This document shows positions 12,622 to 25,925 of a stretch of DNA of 64,000 nt, one piece after another (positions within the stretch are counted from its first letter, which is position 1; each line of letters begins with the position of its first letter). This DNA is from Eledone cirrhosa. Its lineage: Eukaryota. The stretch covers positions 101,122,001 to 101,186,000 of the forward strand of contig OZ024746.1 in assembly GCA_964016885.1 (NCBI GenBank), in the 5' to 3' direction. The translations under genes and the position numbers were made by a program. Below the pieces are notes generated by a model, which was not told where the DNA came from, searched no databases, and saw only the letters and a program-made list of their open reading frames with translations.

Positions 12622-14055
12622 GGGACTTGAGACAGATGCCGGTGGTGGGACTAGAGACAGATGCTGGTGGTGGAACTAGAGACTAGAGACAGATGCCGGT
12701 GGTGGGACTAGAGACTTGAGACAGATGCCGGTGGTGGGACTTGAGACAGATGCTGGTGGTGGAACTAGAGACTTGAGACAGATGCCGGTGGTGGGACTAG
12801 AGACTTGAGACAGATGCCGGTGGTGGGACTTGAGACAGATGCTGGTGGTGGAACTAGAGACTTGAGACAGATGCCGGTGGTGGGACTAGAGACTTGAGAC
12901 AGATGCCGGTGGTGGGACTTGAGACAGATGCTGGTGGTGGAACTAGAGACTTGAGACAGATGCCGGTGGTGGGACTTGAGACTTGAGACAGATGCCGGTG
13001 GTGGGACTTGAGACAAATGCTGGTGGTGGAACTAGAGACTTGAGACAGATGCCGGTGGTGGGACTTGAGACTTGAGACAGATGCCGGTGGTGGGACTTGA
13101 GACTTGAGACAGATGCCGGTGGTGGGACTAGAGACAGATGCTGGTGGTGGAACTAGAGACTTGAGACAGATGCTGGTGGTGGGACTAGAGACAGATGCTG
13201 GTGGTGGGACTAGAGACAGATGCTGGTGGTGGGACTAGAGACAGATGCTGGTGGTGGAACTAGAGACTTGAGACAGATGCTGGTGGTGGAACTAGAGACT
13301 TGAGACAGATGCCGGTGGTGGGACTAGAGACAGATGCTGGTGGTGGAACTAGAGACTTGAGACAGATGCCGGTGGTGGGACTAGAGACAGATGCTGGTGG
13401 TGGAACTAGAGACTTGAGACAGATGCCGGTGGTGGGACTAGAGACAGATGCTGGTGGTGGAACTAGAGACTTGAGACAGATGCCGGTGGTGGGACTAGAG
13501 ACAGATGCTGGTGGTGGAACTAGAGACTTGAGACAGATGCTGGTGGTGGAACTAGAGACTTGAGACAGATGCCGGTGGTGGGACTTGAGACAGATGCTGG
13601 TGGTGGAACTAGAGACTTGAGACAGATGCCGGTGGTGGGACTTGAGAGAAATGCCGGTGGTGGGACTTGAGACAAATGCCGGTGGTGGGACTTGAGACAA
13701 ATGCCGGTGGTGGGACTTGAGACAGATGCCGGTGGTGGGACTTGAGAGAAATGCCGGTGGTGGGACTTGAGACTTGAGACAAATGCCGGTGGTGGGACTT
13801 GAGAGAAATGCCGGTGGTGGGACTTGAGACAAATGCCGGTGGTGGGACTTGAGACAAATGCCGGTGGTGGGACTTGAGACAGATGCCGGTGGTGGGACTT
13901 GAGACAAATGCCGGTGGTGGGACTTGAGACTTGAGACAAATGCCGGTGGTGGGACTTGAGACAAATGCCGGTGGTGGGACTTGAGACTTGAGACAAATGC
14001 CGGTGGTGGGACTTGAGACAAATGCCGGTGGTGGGACTTGAGACAAATGCCGGTG
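12622..14055. repeat. 25/32-bp G-rich minisatellite
   Basis: Unit gacttgagacagatgccggtggtgg with an optional 7-bp duplication. Confidence 0.97.
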
Positions 14056-15214
14056 AGGATCTTCAATAGATGTCCACTTTCCTCTCGAGACTATTGTCAG
14101 ATCACAATACACCAGTAAATGCATTATAAAAACTCAATAGTGCATCTAAAAGTAGAAGAAACCGTTTCTTATTGTTTTCTATGAACCAAAACTATCATTG
14201 CATTAGCTTTGAATGTTAATGAAATAATGTGTAACTTTTCTAGACTAAATGAATTATGTTTACGTTAATTCTGTGGAAATAAGCCGGGAGAGACAGAACA
14301 TATGTTTCTAAGAGAAGACAATATATATTTCAATACGACATAAATACATTTGAACTCCTCTTCAAATGTAGAATCAATTTTGATTTTTAGAACTTTAAGA
14401 TGAGTTTATAAAAATAAAAAAAACGAGTGAACTTACGGAGAAATTGGGAGAAAAAGAAGAAATAATGAGACACAGAAGAGTTCACTATTACGAGTTACCT
14501 CCCTTGGATAGGAGTATGGATAAATATCATACAATACGTTTTTTAATGTTCTTTTTTCATGTTGGACCTTTATACGTTAAAATTGACGAGATAATCCATT
14601 TCTCATCATCATGGGTTAGACGTCTGTCGCACACAGAGGCCACATCTATCAGGTGACTAGGTGCTGCTATTACACTTTGTTTTAGCTCAGTTTCTATAGC
14701 TGGATGACCTCCCTAACACCAACCACTTTACAGAGTGTACTGGGAGCATAGTTTCTATAACTGGATGTCCTTCCTAACACCAACCACTTTACAGAGTGTA
14801 CTGGGAGCATAGTTTCTACAGCTGGATGCCCTCCCTAACACCAACCACTTTACAACACACTGGGAACATATCGAGATTCTAGCATTACCATTTTACAGGG
14901 TTGACTGGGTGTTTTTGTCATGTCACCAGCACTACCTCATTATAGCATTAAGGTGGTCAGTGTCCTTGGTTTGGCTGGGGTGTGGCATTGGTGAAGGTTT
15001 GAGCTAGGTATAGACATTGCCCTACCAGTAGGTATTGGGTCATGGAGGTGGCTTTGAAGCAAGTGGAGGGTGTCTGACACATTGTGGGGTGTGCATGGCT
15101 ACACCTGATGGCCGAAAAAGGGACATTTATATTCTGCTTGTTATTTTTAGCTAACTTTGAGGTGCTGATTTCAAATATGGCATTCATTTTTTTCTAACAC
15201 ATCAGGTTTGTCTT

Positions 15215-16960
15215 TTGCTCAGCTATCCCATAAACACAGTGAGTGACACTGGTTCCATCAATAGTTTTATGCTAAACATAAACAACAATCGTGTAGACAA
15301 TACATGTTTCTGTAAGTGTTTTATAAACTACAGAAGCATTGATATGAAACTAGATACGGGTGTAGTTTGTTCAATCATCCCATTTTCATTTGCTTCACAG
15401 CTAAATATCCCAATGGAACCATGTCACAAATATTTAACCACTTTTGATGGTTCAGATCTAAAGGTGGTTGGATCGGTCTGAGTAAGATTTAAATTCAACA
15501 ACACCAACGAATCTCCTGGCTTCATTGTAGTAGACAGCCCCTACAACTTCGGACTGATTGGAAAAGACATTATTAAAGACAGTTCATTTTGTTTTAACTT
15601 GAATGTGTTCCCGGAAGTTAAAGGTTTTGTGGCTCGTGTTAACTGCTCTGATGAGAGTTATAGCAGGAGTTCAGCGAGATGCGTTCGAGTTCATTTAGAA
15701 AATGAAGTAAAGGATGAGTTACAGAGGTTGGAAATGGTGGGCATCATCACACCATCAGATTACTCTGGAGTCAGATGTGCCTCGCCTGTGGTCTGGTTGA
15801 GAAAGAAAGATGGATCACTCCGTATGTGTGTTGATTAAAGGCTCACTTAAATGTTCATATTGACATCTATTCTTTTCCCATACCAGCAACTGATACTATT
15901 TTCTCCACTATGTCAGATGCAAAATTTTACTCAACACTTGATTTAAAGCATGCATATTAACAAATGCCTTCGGCAGAGGACGCAATGTGCTTTTGCGTTA
16001 TCAATACAACCAATGGCCTGTACCTGGTTAACAGGCTTCAAATGGGTCTTAAGAATTCAAGTGATATATTTCAAAATTGTATGGAGACTCTACTAAAAGG
16101 GATTGAAGGAGTCAGGGTATACCAAGATGATATCGTCATCTATATACCAAAAAGATATCCTCATCAATGCTAATAGCGAAGCAAAGCTAACAAGCAGAGA
16201 AAATGCGGTAGTTGCAAGGCTAACCAAGGTGCAATTCTCTATAAACAAACACAAATCATTCTCCAGAAGAAGAAATTTGACTTTCCTGGGAATGAATTTA
16301 TCTGAAGAAGGAATTTCTCCATCTCATGAATTGGTGGCAAAACTAAAGGATATACAGGTACCGAAGGAAGATATTGATAAAATATTAGGCTTAATAAACT
16401 ATTATAGAAGATTTATCCCGGCATATGTTCCAAACATCAGCAACATTCTAATCATTGTCGATGCTTATTCAACGTGGATTGAAGCATTTGTGTCCTAATC
16501 ATACAACTGGGGTGGTAAAAAGCAAGATACTTGAGGTCTTCTCTTGTTTTGGAGTACCCACTGCCTTAGTATCAGACAACAGGCCTGAATCCGTTGCATT
16601 GAAAAGTATGTTGTTATCACTGGGCTGCAGAAAGATAGAGACACCTTCTTACAATCCTGCATCTAACGCCACTGCTGAAAGGGCCATACAAACTGTGAAA
16701 TCTGTGTTGAAGCATTTTGATCCTAAGACAGGGAGTTTTGTCAATTACTAGAACAAAATTCTATTTAACCATCGAAGTACCTCGGGTGGTTGTAAGTTAT
16801 CACCTGCTGAAAAGCTGATGAAAAGACAACTGAGGGTTGCTGTAAACCCATTCTTCAAAATAGGTGAGGATGTAATGTACAAGACCACATTAGATAGGGT
16901 TGAATCCAAAATATGTAGTACATGCTGGAATAAATATGGCATGGATTAAGGAGGGGCTCA
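15215..16960 (+). mobile_element. Decayed Gypsy/Ty3 LTR retrotransposon pol
   Basis: Protease LDTG, RT (SPVVWLRKKDGSLRMCVD, YQDD) and integrase (IVDAYS.WIEA, LVSDN, PASN..AERA) in Gypsy order, with many stops and frameshifts. No LTRs identified. Confidence 0.88.
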
Positions 16961-17222
16961 CCCACTTAAGTTAGTAGCAGTTGAACCAGAATTGAGTGAT
17001 TTAAGGATAACACCTAGCATAGAGGTTCACACTGATTCTGCAAGGATGCCTAACGGTGACGGTGCGGGTCTTTGACAAACGAACATATCAAGTCCACAAG
17101 TTAGACGCAACACTGGAGTTATAGAAGGATGAGAACAACCTTTTGTCGGCAATGTTAGCCGTCAAAAATCAAATACATTAATTTCATTAAGTCCACAATT
17201 GAGGTGAAGTCAATTTTGACAG

Positions 17223-17414
17223 TTAATCCTTTTGTTACCATAATTCTAATGAAATATAATGTACATAAATTAATTACAGAAGAATTTGGAGGGATTTATT
17301 AAAATTATTAAAAGGATGTTTTTAACATAACTTAAGATGTCCATTATAAAATTATGTTAAAATAGGCAGTCTTATTTCATAGAACTGGAGGCAAGTTGGT
17401 ATGAAAAGGGTTAA
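17223..17414. mobile_element. piggyBac-like MITE
   Basis: TTAA-tccttttgttacca ... tggtatgaaaaggg-TTAA, giving imperfect TIRs flanked by TTAA. Confidence 0.6.
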
Positions 17415-19456
17415 ATCATCCATTTCAGTGGCTTCATTTTGTAATTTGAATCACAGGAAGCTTAACTTTTTTCAGATTGGAACATTAACAACAATGTAAG
17501 TTATGTTATGCTGTTCAATGAAGTGGAGTAGGGACTTGTCAATAATAAGATGTCACTTGAGAAAGTAATGTTCATACTACCTTCCTTGAATATTAGAAAA
17601 TTGTGTCTCATTACAATCTTTTGACTTAAAAAGGGCAACTATTTCTTGCTATGAACTATATAGCTCAGGCAAGCCAGTCAAATATCAGCTTCACTTAGGC
17701 TTGGTCATCTAGACCAAAGAAGCTTAGGCAATGTGAGACTAGCTTATACCAGCCAGACCTGCTTAAGCCAGTCTAGCTCAGGATATTTTAGTCCAGAGCA
17801 GGCTAGCTATCAAGTCAGATCAGCCAAATCAACTCACACCATTGCAGCTAGGTACTAATAATATATCTCAAAACACAAGGACAAAATTAAATATCCTAAA
17901 TCATTTACTGTAGCATTCTGTCACCTCTTCACTCAAGTAATGATTTAGTAGAAAATATCTAAAAATAGAGTCTCTTAATTTAAATTTCTAGTGGACAGAT
18001 CATCATCATTATTGTAAAAATTGGAATTATTAGAGTAGACTAACTCATAATGTCACTCAGTCATAATACTGTTTTGGACTTTTCAGGAATGTTTTTTTAA
18101 TGCCAGACAGAAAGTTATTAAGTTTGTGAATAAAAAAGCTAACACCCCACCCTCTATGAAAAAAAAAAAAGAATAAAAAACAAGATAATTTCAAGTTGAA
18201 AATATTTTTATTATGCAAAAGCATTTTAAACAGTTTCCCATAGAATATAATGCAGTGATTCTGTTTCCTCTTGGAACTAAAAATTGTCTTATAATGAATG
18301 TGAGATAAAGTGATATAGCTGACTCTCAAATGGGCTTTTCTCTAAAATTGTAAAATCATGACAAAACTACCTCTTAAGAATTACTGTTTAGTAAAGATTG
18401 TTTTACAATCTTTATTCTGACGGTGGTAACAAGAAAAATAGAACTGTTTGTGTGAAAATACCAGGTGAAACAACTAGCAGTACTTGTCAGACATAACAGG
18501 ACCTATTAGCAGTTATATCCTTTCCAAGTTGATAAAATAAAGTACCAGTCAAGTACTGGGATCAATTTAAACAACTTTCTCCTCTCCAAATTGCCAGCCT
18601 TGTGCTAAATTTAGAAATCATTATCAGCAGTTAAGCTGTCTTTCTTACTGACATAATGCTGAAGGTCTTTCTTTTTTTAGAAAGAAAACCAAAACAATAT
18701 TAGTCATTCAATTACTGGCTAAATTATTCTCACCTGTCACTAGCCTCGTTATTACAGACAATAACGATTTCATATATTAGCACAAAAACTTGTAATTTTT
18801 TTCTATTTTGCTAGTCATCCCTGGCAGGATTTGAACTTTGAAGTAAAGTATTTTATCCGCCACAACATAGGTAGCTTCTGAATTGTTTGCAGCTCAGATT
18901 TGATTTCTTCTTGTGGTAGTTATTCCACTTCCTCCACTTTGTTGGGAGGCAGACTTAATCCATAACAATCAGTTGGCCGTTGTATATTTCTAGAGATGTT
19001 AACTTTGTTGCAACTATTAGGTTTTCCTCTCCTACCAATCTCAGAAGGGTCAGTCATTAAAGCATCCCACACCCTGTCGGATTAACTCCTCTTTCAAGGA
19101 TACCTCCTTACATCATTGGGAGTGGAGTCAAGCAATTGACAATTTATGACACTAATGCAAAGGAGAGAGTTTAATTTTTAATGCAACCCAAAACTCAGAC
19201 ATTCCTGCCACCTCGTTGCTTTTTCTAAGTATTAAAATATTTACTTGCAGAAGATGTTTTCTGAGTTATTAGCTCAATAATTAATTATGGAGGAATTAAC
19301 AAGATTATACTTGCAGTGAAAATTTAAAGAAAGAGAAAAGCATGTATAAAAAACGACCTAATTTATTGCATAACCTGTAAGAGGGTGGTGATCGCACAAG
19401 AAAACTTTATTACTTTTACCTCCTGCCTCATTAATTAAAATATGTAAAGTCTAATA

Positions 19457-19619
19457 CAGTGATGGGCAAACTGTGGCCTGCGAGACACATATATGGCCTG
19501 TTTGGCTTTCTGAATGGTACGCCTAATTCAAAAATTGCCTTGAATATTTTAGTAGTGTGGGCTACGTTATGATAAGCCACATCCTATGCGACCCACTGCC
19601 CGAAGGTTGCCCATACCTG
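19457..19619. mobile_element. hAT-type MITE
   Basis: TIRs CAGTGATGGGCAA / TTGCCCATACCTG and a perfect 8-bp TSD GTCTAATA on both sides. Confidence 0.85.
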
Positions 19620-20619
19620 GTCTAATATATGTTGATGAGGATAAAATGGAGTTTGTTTCCGGCAGATTAGAATTCTTACTGTGCTTTCAACGCTTGTCTG
19701 ATGATTCGTATTCTTGAGAGATGTGATGTAATATAAACTTAAAATTATATTTTTAACAGAGAGAAAAATGATCAAGTTTGTCCAGGGAGTTGAACCATAT
19801 ATCTGTTTTTATACTGGACAACTTTATTACACAAAAATGGAATTGAACAACTAAAATAATTAAATTGGCGATGGTAAGAATCTTACAGGATAATCTAACT
19901 TTCTTTACCTTACATTTCTCACAAAGACCACAAGAATTTTAGTAGCCACATAACAACCATACACACACTCACATATATATGTGTGAGTCCCGGGTTCAAT
20001 CAGGGGGAACCACTGTAAGGTATTCATACATAGTGGAGTATATACAAGATTTAATATAGAAATGGCTTCTACAAGACTAGAACTGTTTCATTCGAAGGAA
20101 ATCGTCAAGATGATTTCCTTCGAATGAAACAGTTCTAGTCCTGTAGAAGCCATTTCTATATTAAATCTTGTATATATATATATTATATAGTTTAAAGCTG
20201 AGTGAGTGGCTTATTACTCTGGACATCTCCCTGTGTATTACTGTCTAAAGAAGAGTAATAAGTCATTGACTTAACCTCAAACTATTAGTTTCTTCTATAA
20301 TTCTAAATTTATATATGAGTGTGTGGGTGTGTGTGAGTGAGTGAGTGTGAGTGTAGGAATAAATTTATTGAGTCCTTTGGCAGCTCAGTGCAAAATTTAA
20401 TATATATTAAGAATTAACTGTCAAAACAAGCATTAATAATATGAAAATTAGTATCTCCATATTTGGCAGGGTTTATAACGAATCAGATATTTATTTATGA
20501 TTGTTTCATGTACTAATCACATAAGACCACAACACTGGACGAAAATTGATTAAGGATAATGTTCTTCAATTTACAGGCTTGACTCAGACACATATATTTA
20601 TCACACACAAGTATACACA

Positions 20620-20922
20620 GGACTGTGACCTCTGGCGTCACGCAGTAATACAGAAGACCTGCCTTCCCACAGGTACAAGCCGAAGCTGAAGCATATAGAC
20701 AATATGCCCCCACCCCCTCCCACTGCAAAAAGGCACCCAGCACTCACTGTAAATGAGGTTGGTGTTAGGAAGGGCATTCAGCTGTAGAAATCAAGCCAAA
20801 ATCAGTTCCAGTATGAGCAAGAAAAGGTCCCCTGACCTGTCATTGCCCACAACAGGACAACCCATCTAACCCATGCTAGTGTGGAAGAATGGACATAAAA
20901 CGGTGATGATGATGATGATGAT
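20620..20922 (+). mobile_element. RTE 3' UTR fragment
   Basis: Closely similar to 36780-37147 and ends in (GAT)n. Confidence 0.85.
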
Positions 20923-23199
20923 ATTGGGAAAAACAAAACAAAAATCCCTATTGGAAGCATATCAGTAATACTCATCCAACAAAATAGATTTTAAGATTGC
21001 CTGTCAATAAATTCTACACCTTACAATTATTAAGGTCATATAGTAGTAAAAAGCCCTTTTATGACAGTGATAGCTTGGTGAAGTAGAGTTGTTTTTTTAA
21101 AAGAATTTTTGTTTCTATTTACTTTTGCATAACTTTTAATAATTTGTATTATTTTATCTCACAGCCATTTTATTTTGAAGAATTGATTTTTATCATTTTC
21201 ATAGCAAATGAATCTAGTTTCAAAAAGGTAAGAATTAGACATTAACATACACATATATAATGGGTCATGTTTCAACAATGAATATTCAGTTATTTCATCA
21301 ACTGATTGTCACGTTAATATATGGCTGAATATTCCACAAACACATGCACTCATAACAGAATACTTAGGAACAAATTAGTATGACACAGTATGAACAAAGC
21401 TGGACCTTTGAATTAAGGTATAATCCATCTAATAAGTTTCTAAACCTATTAGAATTGCACTGACAAAGCTTGAGTTAAGCTGAGCCTGAAATAAAGATGT
21501 CAGAGACTGAACCTGGAGCATCAGGATTTTGAAGTAAAGTACACAAGGCTTTACAATGATCATTGATTGATATTTGACTAGGCACTGAACCATCCCACAT
21601 ACATAACTGGTACATATCAAGCCTGAACAAATTACAAGTATAAAGTTGATACTGGTACAGGATTTTAATTCAATGTAACAAGACACACTGATAGTGATTT
21701 AGTGAGATGTTTTAGCTGTTTCTGCCACTTCTCTTGTTTTATTAATATTGAAAGTAGAACCTATTTAAATGTCCCCCTTCCTGGGGGAGGGGGGGGGGGC
21801 ATAACATTTAAACTGCCCTGTAGAGATATCTATAGCAAGAGAGCATCATATAAAAAGATACAGCATTCAGATATTGAACATTTCTGTTCAGTCCTTACCA
21901 ATAATGTCACATATTACAGATATTAAGGAATATACTATGTTTAAAGCTTAGTATTACTAAAATATTACAAAAAGAAACAAAAAAATTAATCTGTTGGGAA
22001 TACAGTGAATAAATGGGGCATGTTTTCTTTTGTCTTTCAACCAAACATTGTCTTAATGCAGAGGTGAATATATTTTGCATATTTTAGGAGCAATCCTTTT
22101 CACAACTTGTCAACAGTGACTCAAGAGCTTTACACAGAATAAACACAATGTAGTAAACTTTGAACCAAAACTCTCTCTCTCTTTCATATGCTTGTGTACT
22201 ACCCAAGTTACCTCATATCACAGTTGGAAATATACATGACAGAGTGCTCAATCCTGCTTACACTTGTTTATTAATTGGAGTGAACCAAACACAACACTAA
22301 CTACCAATTAATTAAACATTTAATAAGGCAATATATATATATATATATAGACATACATCTAGCCTGGCATTAATTAGAAGTAACACTAACATAGCATGAT
22401 TCAGATTAGAGGCATATATGAAAGAATATACAATGTTTATAATACACTTACATATGTCTCACTGTGATCATGTCACAGCTACCTCAGTAACTGTGTGAGA
22501 ATGCCAAATACTAGTATTTCTGTAAAGTGGTAGGTGATAGGAAGGACTGTGGTAGAAAACTCTTCAGAGTTATTAAAGACATCATGATCTCCCTAATATT
22601 GGTATCATGATACAGTGCGAGAATGCATATAAGCAAGATGCAGTCCTCAGCCCAGGGAAACTGGACATTAAATTATGATGTTTGTGTTTATTCTGAGGCT
22701 TTACAGGTGCTGACAAGAAACAGAACTAGCAAAAACTGTTGTAGGTTTTTACATTTTTGATGTTTTTAGACATTTTGTTAAGAAAAATATAGTCAATCTA
22801 TGTTTTTATGTCAGATATCTGTAAGATGTCCAGTTTCCCCAGGTTATAGCAAGGTTTCATTCCATTGCCATTTGTTGAGTGATCATAGATATTTAGGACC
22901 AATATTGCAGCCCCCCACAATCCAAACCAGGTTGTTTAGTTATGAGGCTAAGTTGGTGTACTGCTTTCTTGCATCCTCACTACTGTCTACTAGTGTGTAG
23001 TGAATACCACTCATAGTGACCTAACTTTTCTTTCAAGTAAGCAAAAGGACACAATAATTGTATGATGTAACATCCATTAGCTCACATCCCTACATGTTTC
23101 CTGGCTTTTGTTATGAGTGTGCAACAATCTAATTGTTCAAATCTTCTGGGATCCTCATTTTCAAGAGCCATTTTGTGATCTATCATACTCAGTATTTGA

Positions 23200-24200
23200 A
23201 TTATTTGCAAATTCAAAGCATTTATGAAGACAGTGTTCTTGCATTGAAGGGTGATATTATTGATTCATCTTTATTTTTAATTAATTTGAAAGAACTGCAT
23301 ATAACTGGAAAACTCCAAGAGATCCTAACCACCAAGAACAATGCTCCATCTGTAATGACAACAGGTTTAGTGAGCCTTGTGCTGAGTCAGATACAACAAC
23401 CGAGAAGAACCAGCAAACTATAAGACTACCAAAAAGCTTTATACCACCAAAGAAAAGGAGAAATCAGAAACTTCTTTCCAAAGATCACCAAGTCAAATTT
23501 GCTATATAGAAAATACAAAATGCATTCAACGATTACCAGAAACATCCAATATGTTGAAGAAAGAAAAATATATTCTGGATACAGCAAACAACACCATCGC
23601 AGAAAAAAAATCCAACATAATGATTCAAAAAATGAAGGTTGCAAATTCCAGGCACAAACAAGCAGAACAGTGGAAGATCATTATTGAAATTAGTGGCAAG
23701 AAAGATTGAAAAGTGACTGTTACATTTCAGTGAATTACTTGGAAAGGAATCAACTATCAGAGAAACTTCCACAGTGAATGAGTGTCAGGCAGTCAAGAAT
23801 AGGAAGAAAAGCACCAGGAACTGATGGCATATTGCCATAGGTTTTCAAGTTTTGTAGTATTGATATCATTCTTTAATCCTCAATCAAAAGTTTTGACAGA
23901 AGGTGACAAAATACAACAATCATCACAAATAACACTCCTGCCTAGGTCTGCTGGCCTGACGTATACAATAAACTACTGAGAGATAAGTTTAACATCAATT
24001 GCATAAAAAATGCCAAAGATAGAATTCAACCATATTTGGACCCTTGTCTAAGACCAAATTAAAATGGCTTCAGACCCCAAAGATAACATCTCAGATACTT
24101 AAAAAAAGATAGAAAACAATATTACTATTTGTTGATTTCAAGAAAGCCTTTGATGGTGGTGGCATTTACAGAGTTAGATGGTAAAAATGTGTGCTTGTAG
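23200..24200 (+). mobile_element. Strongly decayed RTE-like LINE fragment
   Basis: Residual DNA for KAPGTDGI and FVDFKKAFD motifs. Confidence 0.55.
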
Positions 24201-25925
24201 AATACCAAATCAGCATGTGAATACAATCAGAGCTAGAATGTTGGCACCAGATGGAGGGAGAGGATATAAAAGAAAGTAGTTTTAGGGGTTGACTTCTGAG
24301 AAGATAAAAATAGTAAAATATTGAGAGAAAATGAAAATAAAAAGGAGGAAAAAGAATAAATAAAGGATGGATGACAAGGTAGGTATCTTAAGGAGATAAC
24401 TTTACATCCCCTCTTTTCTCTTCCTTCCATTATACACACATCTCTATTACTAGTTCTATCTTCTTGGAAATCACTTCTAAATGCTATCCTTTGTGCCCGT
24501 TCTCGTCTCTTTTTCCTACCCTCAACACAAAACTATACAGTCTCTCTATCCTCTGAAAATTATTCTTGTCTGACGAGAGAAATACCAGATCAACAAGAGT
24601 CAAACTTGACCTTCATAAAGAAAATAATCTCTACTATGGTATTGAGTATTCATTTTTGTGACTATCAAAACTAAGCCGTGTGTGAGTGAGTATATATTTG
24701 ACAGTTTATTCTTATGGTTCTCCCTTACTCCTGTTCCAAGAAAAACCAATATATATATAAAATTATAAGTTTAAAGAACAGTCAGATAAAATTTATCCAA
24801 TTTTTTCTTCTTAGTCCATAGAAATCAACCAGATAAATAATCATTTAAATGGAGCTAAGTTTAAAATGTAATTTTGAAGAAATAACAGATAAATGTTATC
24901 GATATTCCTTTATGAGGAACAGTCAGATAAACGTTACCAAAAATATATATATTATATATATATATATTTATACATACATACAGACATATATGACCAATCT
25001 ATCAACATTTTCAACTCTGAGATACTCTGCATGATATTTTACAGATGAAGGTTTATATCTATGAATATTCTTTGAACTCAAAGGATTAAAAATAAAGGGA
25101 AATTTATATTGAAGTAAGCTGGAATTGTTTAAATGTGCATTTGTTTGGTTGTATTTTTTTTTATTTACAATAGAATTAAAAAACAAGAACTTTTTAGAAC
25201 ATCTTGTAAGCAGGATTAAATGTCCAAACTTTTTCCCTAGACTAAACACAGTTTAACTGAATTGTATCACATGATTTTCGTTTGAAAATGGTTTTCATTA
25301 GCATAAAATAATTTATACTTTGCAAAAATTCAACAACTGAACTGATAAACCATGCTGGGTAGTACTGATATCACAGAGTGTTTACTACCGTTTGTACTGT
25401 ACAACATTATGGTGTTTATATTTTATAGGTTTTTATTTTAAAGGGAGTACACCAGTAAAATATCCAAAACTAAATGCCTAAATTATTTAAATGAATTATT
25501 ATTCCTATCTCACCTTTCTGTTTTTTGGCAAAATGACATTTTCAATGGTTTGATCTTTGTTTTACACCAGGTGTCATATTTAGTATTGTTATGTTTGGTA
25601 TGGGACTAAAGTTGTAAACCTCTATATAGACGTCCACCAGATTGAAATATGTAGATTTACACAGTCACAACATAGGCTTAACATACTGAAAAAAAAAAAC
25701 CCTTCAGTATCTAAATGTATTTTTTCATTATAATATATTTTCTTCACATTATTAAGCAAAGAATTCTAAAATGACTGACCAAAAAAAAAAAAAAAAAAAT
25801 TAATAATAATCATTGAGATTAGAGAGTAACAATGGAAAATTCTACCCCCATCCCAACCCCCGTAATTCTTAGTTCCATGACAGTTGTACATACAAACGAA
25901 AGATATTACTGAATTTTGCTCTGTA

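Noticed and set aside
12765-14124. Pro/Ser/His-rich ORFs
   Set aside because: These are translations of a 25/32-bp minisatellite open in several frames, with no splice or homology support.
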